Positions 50,888 to 64,000 of a DNA stretch of 64,000 nt are shown here, one piece after another. The stretch spans positions 2,108,001 to 2,172,000 of the forward strand of contig MU053881.1 in assembly GCA_013239625.1 (NCBI GenBank). Reading direction: 5' to 3'. Positions within the stretch are counted from its first letter, which is position 1; each line of letters opens with the position of its first letter. Made by a program: the position numbers and the translations under genes. Below the pieces are notes generated by a model. It was not told where the DNA came from and made no database searches. It was given only the letters and a program-made list of their open reading frames with translations. The stretch comes from Lama guanicoe (lineage: Eukaryota).

Positions 50888-51176
50888 AGGGGGTGGGGGC
50901 GGCTACAGCTCAGTGGTAGAGTGCATGCCTTGTATGCACAAGGTCCTAGGTTCAATCCCCAGTACCTCCATGAAAAAAAAATAGGTGCAGTGTACTGTCT
51001 ATATGTATTTACATGCAATATAATGCATATGTGCATTGAACTGTAATAATTCTACCTAGTAGAACTGAAAAAGGAAATACATACATACATACATACACAC
51101 ACACATACATACAATAAATGTAACAAAATGCAATTTTAATTAAAGAAAAACCTAATTACCTGCCCTCCAAGAAAAA
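50888..51176 (+). mobile_element. tRNA-derived SINE (Vic-1-like) interrupted by ~160-bp insertion
   Basis: Head 50888-50972, tail CCTAATTACC 51151-51160; TSD AATTATAAAAA 50875-50885 / 51177-51187. Confidence 0.88.
51078..51113 (+). repeat. (TACA)n/(CA)n microsatellite
   Basis: Read directly. Confidence 0.9.
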
Positions 51177-54100
51177 AATTATAAAAAATAACTATTAGAA
51201 TATTTCCATGTTTGGAAGTGAAGAAGTATATAGCTTTAAATAATCCTTAGGTCAAAGAATAAGTCATAGTGAAACTTAGAAAATGTTTTAAACTGAATGA
51301 TGAAATACCACATCAAAGATCATGAGAAAGGAATATACTCTAGCATTTTTCAAGGAACATCAAGAAAATCTGTATGGCCCAGGAAATAGGAACAAATGAG
51401 GTCAAAGAAAGGATTCAGGGAGAGGAAGACGTGTTTTCTTACGCCCTTTTACCCTGAGGTAAAAGTTTTTGAAGGGTTGATGTTTTAAAAGGCTTACTTT
51501 GAGTGTCATACTGAAAACAACCTTAGGGGGTTGAGGTGGAAAGCAGAGAGACCTACTTAAGGCCACTGCAATAATCCAGATGAGATGTAACAGCTATGTG
51601 AACCTGGCTGGGATTGGTGGAGGGAGGAGAAGCAGGAAGTGCCAGTGAAACCTGCTAATGGATTGGATATGGGGAACGCTATAGAAATAGAGAACTCAAG
51701 GATCACTCTAAGGGTGTATGCTTTAAATATTGCAAAGATGGAGTTTCCATTTATTAAAATGGAGAAGGCTACAGGAGAAGCAGGTTTTTGGAAGTAATGT
51801 CTGGAAGTTTGGTTTTGAACAAGTTAATTATAAAACTCTAATTTCACAACCTAGTAAAAATGCCAAGAAAGCCCATGTATATGATTCTGGAGTTCTGGAG
51901 ATCTCAGCTAGAGAGATAACTGGGAGTCATGACCGTCAAGATAAAAGATCTTCAAAAGAAAGTGAGTATAGCAGGGAAAGGCCACTGAGGGCTAAGTCCT
52001 GAAGCACAGAAATAGGTAAGAATTCTTTTTAAGCTCTGCTGAATTACCTGAGCACGACTACTCAATTCTTTTTTTTTTTTTTTTGCTTTTTAAATATTTC
52101 CTTTTATTCTGGAACAGAAATTATAGAAAGGACAGTAATTCATTCAGAAAGCAATGATTCAGTTCCAGTTGCTACTTTACATTTCCGCATCACTCAAAGA
52201 GTATACATAAATTAAAGCAAGTGCTTCCTGTTTGCCAATCACTATACTAGCTACATAGGTACGTGCTGCAGAGGGAAGAGGTTGGGGGTGGGGGAGAAAA
52301 AGAAATAGCAAAGTTCTTGGAAATAACTTACCACTACGGTTTAATCAATTTTAGTATCATCTCTTGGTGAGCAACATGGCAGTACTCTTTGACATAATAC
52401 TCACATTCCTGGGATTCTAACCTATGAAAATACTCTAAAAGAAGGAAAATGACTAAAGGCTACGAACACATTTTCCCTGCATCTTTAACTGTATCAACTA
52501 AAGTACAGATAAAAACTAACTCAAACTATAAGATGTCTAAGCAAACTCAGAACAATTTGCTAGTCTGTTAAGCAGTCATTAAAAATTACTATGGGAAGGC
52601 AGAAAAATGTTAGAAAGAAGAAAAAATACAAAACCTCTAAAGATGTTATTACCACTATGAAAAAATAATATGTGCATAATAAAGGAATACGCAAATTTTA
52701 ATTGTTAGGTATAGAACCCTGATTTTTTTTTTTGCCTTTTTAAACTTTCTTGAATCATGTAATTGTTTATGCAATTCGGTCAAAAAGATAAAACGAAGTA
52801 AAACTTGCCAAACAGGCTTTTAAATTCCTCCCATTGCTTCTCTGGTCATTTTAGGATACATTGTTTTAATAATACAAAAAAAACCCTTGAGGTCACTTCA
52901 TAGTAGAGACTATTGTTTTATCTCTGTCTCCCTAGTCACACAGTAGCAGATGCTCAGATGATGTTTGCTGAGTTGACTAAATTTAGCTTAAATAATTCAT
53001 GTCAATCACTCATTCATGCAAATATTTACTAAGTTTGGAAAGTGGTAAACAATGATTATTTCTAGGGGGTGAAAATTATGGAAGACTCGCTTGCTCTTTA
53101 TTATATTTCTTTTTACAGCAAACACTTATTTTCAAGAAAAATAGTTTATATTTAAGCAGTTTATAAATATTCTGAGTGGCATATAACTAAATATAGGGAG
53201 GGAACAAACAAGTCCTCTGGGAGCTCACAGTCTCTTTGGAAGAGGGAAGTTGAGTAAAACGCAGCAGCTGCTAAGGTGGGCAGGTAGAAGGGTTTTGGGG
53301 AAGGAAAGTCACTAGCTATTACTAGTAACAAATTTTTTAAAACATACTTCAAAAGATAGTAACACTCAAGGTAAGAAGAGCTGGCTCCTTCTTATGAGAT
53401 AAGGCTAGCACCTAGACACTGTCTTCAATCTCATGTGTTACCACTCATAGTTCCCCTTTTAGATCCCATTCTTTATCCTCCCATCTCCTCTCTGCCTAGA
53501 ACTCCTCTTTCTCCCTGATCCCTTAAGCCTTCCTTCCATCACTTCGCTGGGCTGAGCACCTCTGCACTACACTATCCCATGCCTACCTCTTTGCTCAACT
53601 TTATGTTCAGTTTCCAGTTTATGTTTATCTATTCCATAAATCTCTAAACTTCATGAGGACAAGGTGACATTTACTTCTGTATCTTCATTATCTATGACAA
53701 AGTACATGTTCAGTTAAAATTTTTCAAAGTTTTTAATTGAACCGAAACAGGCTACAATGAGCCATTTCCCAAGCAGCAAAATCAGGTGTCATTCTGTCCC
53801 CTCAACACCTGTCAAAACTTATGGGTCTTTAATCCACAAAACTCTTATTTGTCTTAAAAAGATAAATGACGTATTTAAACACATCTCCATTAAAAGTCTT
53901 CATTTCAAAGACAGCCAGCAGTCAGTGTCTATCCCCAGAACCTCTTGGTGTGGGAATGGGCAGTACCACTGAATCTGGGACACGGAAAGCAGAGCAGAAT
54001 TTAGGCACAGAGTATTAAATTTTGAAACTATAGTTCTCTAGGCAACTTTCAGATTACCAATTAGTCTCCCAAACATCCAGGTTTTTGGAAAGGGGGTACT

Positions 54101-54619
54101 CTGGCTATTTAAAACAACTATTTTGGTACAGTGGAAGTGTCTCTCCCCAACATTTATTCATCATGGTGGCACAGGCTGCAGTTAGTCTATTCCCAAACTG
54201 GGTACCTGACAAACTTGGTTTTCTGCAGGGCTATGGAGTTGACCCTAGGTTCTGGGAAGGGTAACAGATCAACCTTCCTCTCTGAAGCCTCTTTCAGCTC
54301 TAACTTCAACCCTTCTACACACAAGTGAAAATGGAACCCACTTTTAATGTTTTGTTACTATGTGTTGTAAAGATTCCTGGCTGTCTTCAGTCTAAGCATT
54401 CATAATCACGTGTGAGCGCTCAAAATCATTCTAGGGTCCCCAGCCTCTTCAAAGATACAAAAAACATACCAAAATAACTCTCCAGTCCAGTCTTACAACA
54501 GCATTTCATTCAAGTCAGAACTGAAGAGGTTTAAAGTGCATCTCAACCACATCGTACACTGAGTAATTACTAAGTAAAATAACTGCATGAAGCATAGTGA
54601 TCTAGCCAGCTACATTTGG

Positions 54620-54850
54620 GCACAATAAAAATCAGGCACTTTGCTGAACACTTACCACTTAATACTTAATTACCTCTGGCTTTAAAGTAGCTTCTAAGAA
54701 TAGGCTAGGAACGTATTTTTCTCCATATCATGGATGCAAAAACTGAGGCAGAAATTAAGTCATTTGCCCAGTTTCTCCAAACTAGTACCAGTATCAATGA
54801 AGGGATTCAAACCTGACTCCAAAAAAAGATGCTTTTAACATTACACCAGC
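54620..54850 (-). mobile_element. MIR SINE fragment
   Basis: GGATGCAAAAACTGAGGCAGAAATTAAGTCATTTGCCCA..GGGATTCAAACC. Confidence 0.7.
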
Positions 54851-57535
54851 CTAATTCCCAGAAAAAAAACCAGAACTTTTTTTACATAGGATTCTACACT
54901 TTACAAATGAATTTTCCATAATACTTAAATATGACTCACATCCCCCCAAATATTTTGGAAACCCAAATATTTCCCGATCAAGAACAACTAACCTTAAAAA
55001 GTCCATTCACACTAGCAAAGCCACTGAAGCTGTTCTGCAGCTGTCAGCACATTTTCTGGTTTGCCAACAGCTTTTTCTTGAGCCAAGGAGGGCACTGATG
55101 ACTAAAATTTCAGAAACAAGGAACTACACTTCAATTAAAAACAAAAACCTCAGACTATTTGAGAGAATTTGGCATAGTTTAGAACAGCAGTACTTTAAAT
55201 GTAACTTAGTCTCATCACTTGTTAAATGGCCAAGAAATGGAAATAATCTAGATGCTGGACAGGAACTTGGCTAAATAAATTATAGGACATCTATACACTG
55301 GAATGCTATACAGAAACTTTATACATATGTAGTAAGGGAAAAGGCATGTATACAATGACCTCAGATTTTATAGATATATTTTCATATGCATACATACACA
55401 GGGAAAAGTCTGGAAGGACAGAGGCTGGAATGGTAATAAGTGGATCTATGGCTATTACCAAGACATTTTGGCTCATCTACATTTTCTAAGTTTTGTACAG
55501 TGAACATGTATTATGTGCATAGGTTTTTTAAATTGAGCTGAAATTAACATCACAAAAATCACCTTTTTAACCATTTTAAAGTATCCTAGTCTGTGGTTTT
55601 TAGTATATCTTGCGTAATATTTTTAAGTAAATTTTAACACACATTTCCTTTGTAAGGAAAAATAAAATGCAGAGAACGTCCTCTCTGAGGGATAAACTAT
55701 TCCCAAACAGAATGTAAAGGACAGAGGGACCAAAGGACTTGCCCAAGACTGTGGGATAAGAAGGGTTAAGAAGATAAATATCTATACTATTCTGTGCATT
55801 TGTAATCCACTAAATCTCTGAAACCTTAATTTCCTACATACATTACATTTGCTTAAAATTAAATGAGGAATTATACACACTGAATCATACTTCCTATGCC
55901 AGCGTAACACAGCAGCTCTATGTTATGCTAGAAATGCATCGACTTAATTCCTGCTATGCCCTTAACCACCTGTGTGAGATTTTGGAACGTCACCTTCTCT
56001 CTCTGAGCTTGTTTCTTTGCATGTAAAAGTAGGATGCTACTGCCCCTGATTCTGTAGGAAATTGTTTTGACTGAACAATTCTCACTGTTCTCTACAGGGC
56101 ATCAAAAATAAATGAATCAGCTAAAAATTAGTCGGAGATTACAATTCTTCTACCTTATAAAAGAACTGTGATTTCCTTTCCCTGTCTCAGCTCAAAATTC
56201 CAAAGGAAGTGTTGAACTATAGAATAGTATGATGAAGTAAAATACTACTATAAGCCACATAACCTAATAAATGCATGTGTGTGTGCTAGTTGTCAAAACT
56301 CTGTCAGCATCCACTGTATCTCAAAAACAACCAGATGAGGTAGGCAGCACAGATTTTATTATCCCATATTTACAGACAAGGAGACAGAGGCTGAGGGACC
56401 CTGTCAGAGGTCTAGAGCCCTTTAGCAAAAAGCAGAGATTAGAGGAAAGCACCTTCTGACCCCTACTCCACCACACCAACCAGAGAACAAAGGATGAACT
56501 AGACTACCTGACTACCTGAGTGTCCTCCCACCAATCTTCTCCACCTGGTAGACAGGAGTCAGAGCTCAGTCTGTTAACTTTCACTGAGAAGAAAAAGGGG
56601 ATCTGGGACCCAGGTAAGAAAATCTAGCAAAGAGTAACTAGACAAATTATTTCTGGCAGCAATACAATTTTAGACTGCAGCAATCTAAGGCAAAAGACTA
56701 AACATTATGGTGTGAAACTTAATTGTTACTGAGTAAGAAATGATCCTTGCTTACTGGCTAGATCCCAGGAACAATAGATCAAAGAGAAAGCCTGGACAAT
56801 AGATCAAAGGGAATCATTGAGGTCTTGGGAAAAGACAATGGAAAAGCAGGGAACTGGTCTAGTAAAAGCTGGAAAGCAGAGCAGCTGCTAGGTTAGTAGT
56901 GGAAACTGGTATGAGACCACACCGTAAGGTTGGGCTAGGAGACTATCAGTGGAAGCCCAGCCTGGAAGTAGCACGAAAACTACTCAGAGAGAGCAGCCTG
57001 CTCAAGAGGCAGCACAGAAACGTGCAAGCCAAGGCATTCCTGCTAGCCCAGGCCTTTGACTTATGCCTTAAAAATTCTCAGACCCACAACAAAACAGGTT
57101 TGGTGACAATGCAGAACACAGGCCTGAAAGGGTGCAGGCCTCCACAACCCCAGGAGGCTTAAAGAAGGGAAGAGAGCTAGACTCTCTGGCCTGACGCAAC
57201 AAAAGAAATTGGAACTGAAGGATTTAATAAGCATTAGTTCCGGGGCCACTCTGGGGCTCTTAACCTGGGGAATTTCATAACACTGACCATAGGTATTTTC
57301 TCTACAATAAAAAATCTAGTGCCAAATCATTCCAACAAAAATCAGTTTTATTCTGCATAGTCTTTCTGCCCATAACTTTTTCTTTCAGTGTTTGAGAACC
57401 TACTACGTACCCAGCAATTCTTATTTATCATTGCGTCATGAAGCTTGTTGGGTATGACCTGGTGCTTTTTTTTTTTCTGACTTCTACTTGAGTCTGTGCC
57501 CTCTAGGGATTTGTTTTAGAGTGCTAGAGGAAGAT

Positions 57536-57714
57536 CAGTGGTTCTCAATCCTGGGTGTACATCAGAGTCACCTGAAGAGTTGTAGAATAATACAGAACCC
57601 TACCCCCAGGCCTGGAGATTCTGACTCAGTACATCTGCGGTGAAACTCTTGGCAACTGATTTTTTAAAAGCTCCATGGGTGATTCTGATGAACAGCCAAG
57701 GTTGAAAACAAATG
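57536..57714. mobile_element. MER5A-like hAT-Charlie MITE
   Basis: TIRs CAGTGGTTCTCAA..TTGAAAACAAATG; internal CATCAGAGTCACCTG / GGTGATTCTGATG inverted pair. Confidence 0.85.
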
Positions 57715-59904
57715 CATCATATAGCTAGTTAGTAGTTGATTGTAATTATAGGCCTGAGTAAGTTTGTTTTGGGGGGGGAATGGCGTAAGACAGGACAATC
57801 AAAAAGTATGATCTTGCCAGAAGCAAGAGCTGACTATATAATTACAATGTTGTCTTATTCACACAAGAAAAAGCATTTAATTGATACCCCAAGTACCAGA
57901 AACTGCTGAGAACATTCCTATGTTTTGTTTCTCTTTTAAACCTCACAGTGACAATGAGGCACTACTATCTCCATGTTATAGATGGTAGAATTTGAGGCTC
58001 AGAAATGAGAAGTGAGCTGGCCAGATACCAGACAGAGCCTTGTCTGTGCTCTGCTCAATCGCTTGTGCTCTTTCTACCAGGCCACAACACAGAAAAACAA
58101 AAACATCAGCCTTTAGTATCAGTAAATGCACTTAACCTCAATGAGTGACCTTACTCTCTCAATCAATAAGGAAATTCTGCTTATAAACTCTAACCAAGAA
58201 AATGCTCCTCACAACACCTTTATACTGTAATTGAACTAACAGAAGATGCCCCAGTCTCTTCAAAGGACACATCACACACGTCTGTGCTCCGCACTGTACT
58301 TCTTTACCTGGGTCAAAACTAATCAATGATGTTAAAAGGCAAGCCACCAATAGATAATTCTAAACTTGAGTCTAGAGTTAGCTTATGTTTATAAACAAAA
58401 ATGCCTTTAGAAAACATAACAATTTGTCTATAGCCTTTTGCAATTTAAAAAAGAGCAATTTTTACTCATAGTAACCTAAACTTTACATGTATCCTTATAA
58501 AAACAAAACAAAACAAAACAATGCTCTTTTTACCACACCTAAGTGATTTTCTTCAAGACAATAAAAAAGCTAGAACATCTGGCCTTCTATTCTAGTGCCT
58601 TTTCCCTAAAGCCTTGCTGTCTTTCCAGTCTTAGTATCATATATCCCTGGCCCTCATTCAGTGGAGAGGCACAGGATGCAAGAATTCTGGCGCAGGCTGT
58701 GTGCTCTGCAAAACTAGGTATGAATGAATCCTAACTCTAACACTTGCTAATTGTAAATTTAGACAAGTTACTTACTTCCTGAACCACATTTGTAAAATGG
58801 AGATAATGTAAGTAGAAATAAATATCTACACAGGGTCTGGCAAAGTTACAGTACAAAACAGGCACTCAATAAATGATTGGCATTTATTACTTGAAATTCA
58901 TCCACAACTCATGACTCAAATCACTGAAAACCTTAAGTCAAAGACAGGCTTTGGTTATCCAGACAATTATGCCATTTCAGGGTCTGTGACTCACCTCTGC
59001 CAGGCCTCTGAAGTCCCTCCAGCACTGCTTCAGCAGGGAGAATACACGAGAAGGAGAAGACTCACAAGGACAAGAAAGTGAGTTTATTTTTTGTACTTTT
59101 TTTCCCTCCTTTAATGGAGTCCTTTTATGAAACTATAATGAACCTGTGAAAATATCACTTTCATTTACTCATCCATTCACTCCACAAACATTTACTGACC
59201 ACTAGGCTAGGCTAGGCCCTGGGGCTTGCACCACAGGGATGATAAAGACAGTATCTTCCTCAAGAAACCAAGTCTAGCTCAAGGTTTGAATCTGTTCTCC
59301 AACTATACAATAAGATATCAGCCTTACTTCAAGTGGGATGCTCAATTATGGAGCCTGACCTTCAAATAAAGTGATGATAGTCCAGGGCCTATGAAGGTTC
59401 TACAATACTGTTCACTCCCTAGAAACAGCAATGTGTAATCTCGCGCACTCAATTCCCTTGAAGCTCATCTATAAAATGGTTATAATACAAACTGATACTA
59501 GATCCTGGTTAAGTACTGCCGGACTTGCTCTGAGTACTCAGATATATACAGGCTGCAGCACTCTAATCAAAATGCCCATCACATGAAGCCAGTATCAGGA
59601 CAAAGCTTCCTAATGAATTAAAACCAATTCCAAAGCAACCCAAACTAAAGTAAATTAATCTGTCTACCACTGATTACTAACAATAGCTTACAAGTGACAA
59701 CAGAAATTAACTTGTTAATCACCTGAAGATATAAAATCATAATAACTGAAATCCTTCCTCATAATAACCAAAAATAATGACTTAGTTTGAAAGGCATAAT
59801 TAGGTATAAAACTATACCTGGACATTTAAATAACTAAAAGAAGTTTCCTTCCAATAAAAGCATTAGAAAAATGGTAAGACGTTTTCTCATATAGTTTAAA
59901 ATTA

Positions 59905-60132
59905 AAGGTGACCCTTAAAAGACATCAGGGGTTAGGGGCACCAACCCTCTGCTCCACATAGCTGAAAATCTACGTACAACTTTACAGCCAGCCCCTCAGT
60001 ATCCGTGGTTCTGCATCCGTGAATTCAATCAACCATAGATCATGCATGATGCAGTACTCACTTATTGGGAAAAAAAATCCCCGTGTAAATGGACCCATGT
60101 AGTTAAAACTCATGTTGTTCTAGGGTCCACTG
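59905..60132. mobile_element. Tigger2a-like TcMar-Tigger MITE
   Basis: TIRs (c)AGGTGACCCTT..AGGGTCCACTG flanked by TA; internal GGGGTTAGGGGCACC, ATCCGTGGTTCTGCATCCG. Confidence 0.8.
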
Positions 60133-60719
60133 TAGTCTTTAAACACATTTTAAAACATTTATCTCAGTCTAAGTACTAATATTTATCTTCTGATTCATAA
60201 TAATCAATCAGTAAAAACATAATTTTCCATTCAGTCTAAAACTTATCCACAGAACTTTCATTTTTTTAATTTTTATGGAAAATGTCAAATATACACAAAA
60301 GAAAAAACAGCACAATGAATTCCCATACAACTACTACTCAGCTTCAACAAATACCAATTCATGCCCCACTCTGTTCATTCTTAACCCCACCTCCTTCCTA
60401 CCTGCTATTTCCATCCCACAGAAGGCATACTTGGATTGTTTTGAACCAAATCCCCAGATATCATATCATTTCATTCATAGCATTTCAGTATGTATTTCTA
60501 AAAGAAGTTTTAATATTAATCATCTATCAATAGACTATTTTAAAGAACAGAGATAATTTCAGAACCACCCAAGTATTTGTGACTGGCTTCCTTCCTCCTT
60601 GCCCTCCTCCACATGGGACACCAAGTTTTCTCCCCCTCTAACAATGTATTTTACATTGATTGGTTTAGGTAATCTCTCCCTCTGGACTTCTCAAAATCCT
60701 TCTGTTGAAACTCCATCCC

Positions 60720-60910
60720 CTACGTAGTTTCAATCACATTCCTCAGAGAAGAGTGTTCTGGAGAGTCCCTCAGGGGCTGCCCAAGAGAGTGAGAAGAAAA
60801 CCTGCCTACTCTGTCCCAAATTAAAGCAGCTCCACCTTTTTTCTTTTCTATACTGATGTTCTGTATGAGATTTCATTTGAAATTAAAAAGTAAAAAAAAC
60901 ACAAAACCAA
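60720..60910. mobile_element. hAT-Charlie fossil (MER103C/MER113-like)
   Basis: GCAGCTCCACCTTTT..TATACTG..TTCTGTATGAGATTTCATTTGAA recalled motif. Confidence 0.4.
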
Positions 60911-63525
60911 GTCCAAGTTCTTAGATTAACAAACACATCTCTCCCTGACCCCTATTCACTCATCCAAATTTATGTCCCATCACTACCTGCATCACACGAT
61001 TTATACTTTGCAGTTACACATAAATCTTATGCTGTTATACCTCCAGGCCCTCGATCCTGCTGTTCCGTCTATGTAAAGCATTCTTTCTTTCCCTTTCTGT
61101 CTGATATCTACTCACACTTCAAGATTTGGCTCTAAGAAGCCTCTCCTGGAGTTCACATTACCCCTACTTAAAGATCTGCACTGCCTTGTGCATGTACCTT
61201 ATTACTGCACTTCACACATTACATTGAATTAACCTCAGATTCTAAAAGTCTTAAGGACAGGACAATCTTATTTTTTATTCATTTTTCACCTTATTCATTT
61301 TTTAATCCCTGGCAACTTATAAGGTATTCAAAAAAAGTCTGCTCAAAAACTGTTAACAAAACTTACGACAATGCAGGAGCTCAGTAAGTATTTGTTAAAA
61401 AATTAATAATTTATCTTATAGATACATGCTCCATTATGGAATGAGATACACACAAAGTTAATCGCTACAGTACAGTTTGTAACCGTAAAAGATCAGGAAA
61501 CAAACTAAACATCCATCACTAAGGACTAAATTAGGGTACATCCATCCAATGATGTATTGTGCAGTCATAAAAATAAGTGAGGCGGTTCTTTACATACAGA
61601 TATAGAATGATCTATCAGATACAATAGTGAAAAAAAGAAGGGGACAAAAATACTACAGAGTGCTACCATCATTTAAAAAAAAACAAAACTGGAGTGGAGA
61701 CCATATGCATTTGCTTGCATTATGTATAAGATATCTCAAAGGATAACACATAAGAACAGATAACTGATTACCAGGGTGGGGGGGACTGGCTGATTTAGAC
61801 TCTTCATCATAAATCTTTATAAATTTAAAGCATATAGTTGTTACAAATTTAATAAATAATGTCATTTTCAAGCAGGAAACAAAGAATGCTCTAAAATCTT
61901 AACTGAAATAAATAAAATATTTCTTTAGAAGGCACCTTGAGAAAGGGGGGCAGGGAGAAACAGGAAAAGCAGAGGAAAATCTGGGCGTTGGTATAAAGTT
62001 TTCTCCTATGCTAGTCAGTGTGCATGCACAATCTAATACTGAATTAAAAGAAGATGAAGAAGACAAAGGAGACAAAGGAGAGATGGAGAAGAATAAAGGA
62101 AAGGAAACCTGAAGGACAGACTCTCAGGATGCCCAGGATTCAACCAGAAGCTCATAGCTTTTGCAAAGTTACTAAAACTACTCTAGCTCCCTTTAGCTTT
62201 TACTCAAGCTGGTTCCTCTGCCTAAAATGCTCTTTAAATCTCTTTCTCCCATTCTTACTATCACCCTCCCAGCTCTTCTATGTCCCAGTTAACTGTTACT
62301 TAATCTTTGGATTCCCAGGCTCCATATCACTTTCCTAGGGCAGAAATCCCTGAGCACTAAACTGGATCAGGTCTCCCCAGGTTCCATGCTCTAAATTCCC
62401 TACACTCCTCTTCCTAATCCTCAGTTTAGCCACCACAAGTGTTGTGGAGTTTGCTGTTTAGTATTTGTCTTCCCCACGAGATCTTTCTTTCAGTCTGGCA
62501 CATTGTTAACACTCAATATTTGTTGAACAATGAATGAATAAATCAAAGACCAAAAATATAACTTAGTGAGATATTGTGAAAGCTTTTATCTTCCACTTCA
62601 GTCTTTGGAACATAAGGCAACTTTAAGTACTAAACACATGTAGGCAGGAAAACAGAACATGCAACGCAAAGGGAAAGCTTGAATGCACAAAGCTGCAAAG
62701 CATCTGCTGAAGTGTCACACACATTTAAAAAACACAGCCAATGGGCACTTCATCCTCCAGTTGCCAGCAGTCTGCTGGGAATATTCCTCGTATTTAGCTA
62801 GTCTCCTTCAGTGGTATATAGTGATTCCCACACAGAGGGAGGGATGACAAAATACAAGGAACAGTCGAGAAAAGAAAGCTATGGCTCCCGACACAAATAT
62901 AAAGGGACTAGAAAAAAATGTTTCACAGTTTACCCATGTTTCTTAGATTCTCAAAGCTAAACCTGTTGGATTTATGGAAATTCTGTATCTAAAGTTTCTG
63001 GTGAACAAATAGGCTCAAACACCAACTTCAATGAAGAGCCAACAGGTCTTAAGCCTACTGCGTCAAATAACTATGGTGAGCTAATCACTGACATGCATAA
63101 CTTGAAATCCCAATGTTTGTGCGCCAGTATCTGAACTGTTAAAGAGAAGTCTTGACATTTTAAAAGCAGGGAGCAAGCTGAATCTCTTAGAGGAAAATAA
63201 CATTTCTGAGAGTCTTCTACGTGCCAAGCCCTTTCACATGTAATGTAACAGAGTCACAAAAATGCTAACGGGTAGATATTACCTCCATTTACTACCGAGA
63301 AACCCGAAACAGAACGTTTCCAGTGAGACACCATTAACTGCTGAGCTCAACTCTGACTGATCCCCAAAGTCTGAGTATCCACCATTTTGCTCTCTTGGAA
63401 GAGTTGGGCCCAGGCTCTGAACTAAATTCTGGAGTTAAGAGTCCTGTGGTCACTACCAGAGGGTTTTTTGCAAAAGACAAAAAAAAAAAAAAAAAAAGGT
63501 TGTCATAAGCTCTTCCAACACAATT

Positions 63526-63638
63526 CTTTTTACTTTTTTTATTATTTATCATTTTTTAAAACAGAGGTACTGGGTATTGAGTCCAGGACCTCATGCATGC
63601 TAAGCACACACTCTACCCCTAAAGTTATACCCTCCCCC
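63526..63638 (-). mobile_element. tRNA-derived SINE (Vic-1-like)
   Basis: Reverse complement of head (GAGGTACTGGG..AGGACCTCATGCATGCTAAGCAC..CCCTCCCCC) preceded by T-rich tail. Confidence 0.88.
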
Positions 63639-64000
63639 ACCTCAAAACAATCCTCTTAGGTCTATACTGTACTAATCAGGAAAAGTAATGACAAAGCCAA
63701 TTTTAAACATTTCAGGTAAATGCAGACAGTGTACTAGATTTGCAATCATAAAAACAAAAAGAATAATTTAGTTTTCAACACTTCAAAACACTGAGTCTGA
63801 AGAAAATAAAATGAAGAAAAGGTAGCACTTCCTAATTTGAATGTTCACATTGCAAATAAACTTTGCTGTAAAATGCAGACAGGATATACCATTTGCCATT
63901 CTGGAGATTAATTTATTAAAACTTTACCCAGCAAGTTATTATTTTAAATATACATACAAAGTAGCCTTTCCCATGTGGTTTAGATAAGCCTCATGTTACA

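Larger units (their letters stand above)
48270..51325 (+). mobile_element. Ancient L1 ORF1 to ORF2-endonuclease remnant hosting the RPL6 retrocopy, two SINEs and a short L1
   Basis: ORF1-like text 48290-48900, EN-like text 50400-50870 and 51180-51320. Confidence 0.65.

Noticed and set aside
10026..63638. Recurring ~70-nt repeat with palindromic core as a possible CRISPR-like array
   Set aside because: Dispersed, irregularly spaced and carrying TSDs in mammalian DNA; it is a SINE family
42235..64000. NSD1 exon 2 or an additional gene in the distal 22 kb
   Set aside because: No long ORF, CpG island or NSD1 N-terminal peptide seen; consistent with long intron 2, with exon 2 beyond the window

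Overview
Mammalian genomic DNA, most likely camelid (alpaca/llama/camel). The inference rests on about 12 copies of a tRNA-Ala(AGC)-derived SINE resembling the camelid Vic-1 family, with no Alu, Bov-A or PRE1 seen. The whole window lies inside the NSD1 gene (H3K36 methyltransferase) on the minus strand. Ten coding exons map to the base with GT-AG boundaries and a continuous reading frame (human numbering: exons 3-12, lengths 136/173/2566/125/271/110/76/119/144/124 nt). They encode PWWP1, the large exon-5 region with the FxxLL nuclear-receptor motif, and PHD1. Positions 42235-64000 are intron 2. The introns hold nested L1s, L2, MIR, an MLT1 LTR, DNA-transposon fossils and an RPL6 processed pseudogene. 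The most notable unexplained structure concerns splicing. A duplicated acceptor module ending in AG|GTAAGT sits 34 nt upstream of exon 5, and exon 7 itself begins with GTAAGT. Both would rebuild a perfect AAG|GTAAGT donor after joining, making them recursive/re-splicing candidates. An in-frame internal donor lies 19 nt into exon 5, intron 8 has a candidate poison exon, and exon 10 has a possible in-frame 66-nt extension. Other candidates are a hairpin-rich CCAAT/GC-box element just upstream of exon 11 (internal promoter or structured RNA), a ~330-bp mini-L1 of only 5'UTR plus 3'UTR with target-site duplications, and several unidentified retro-inserted fragments. All family names are from recall; no database search was run.
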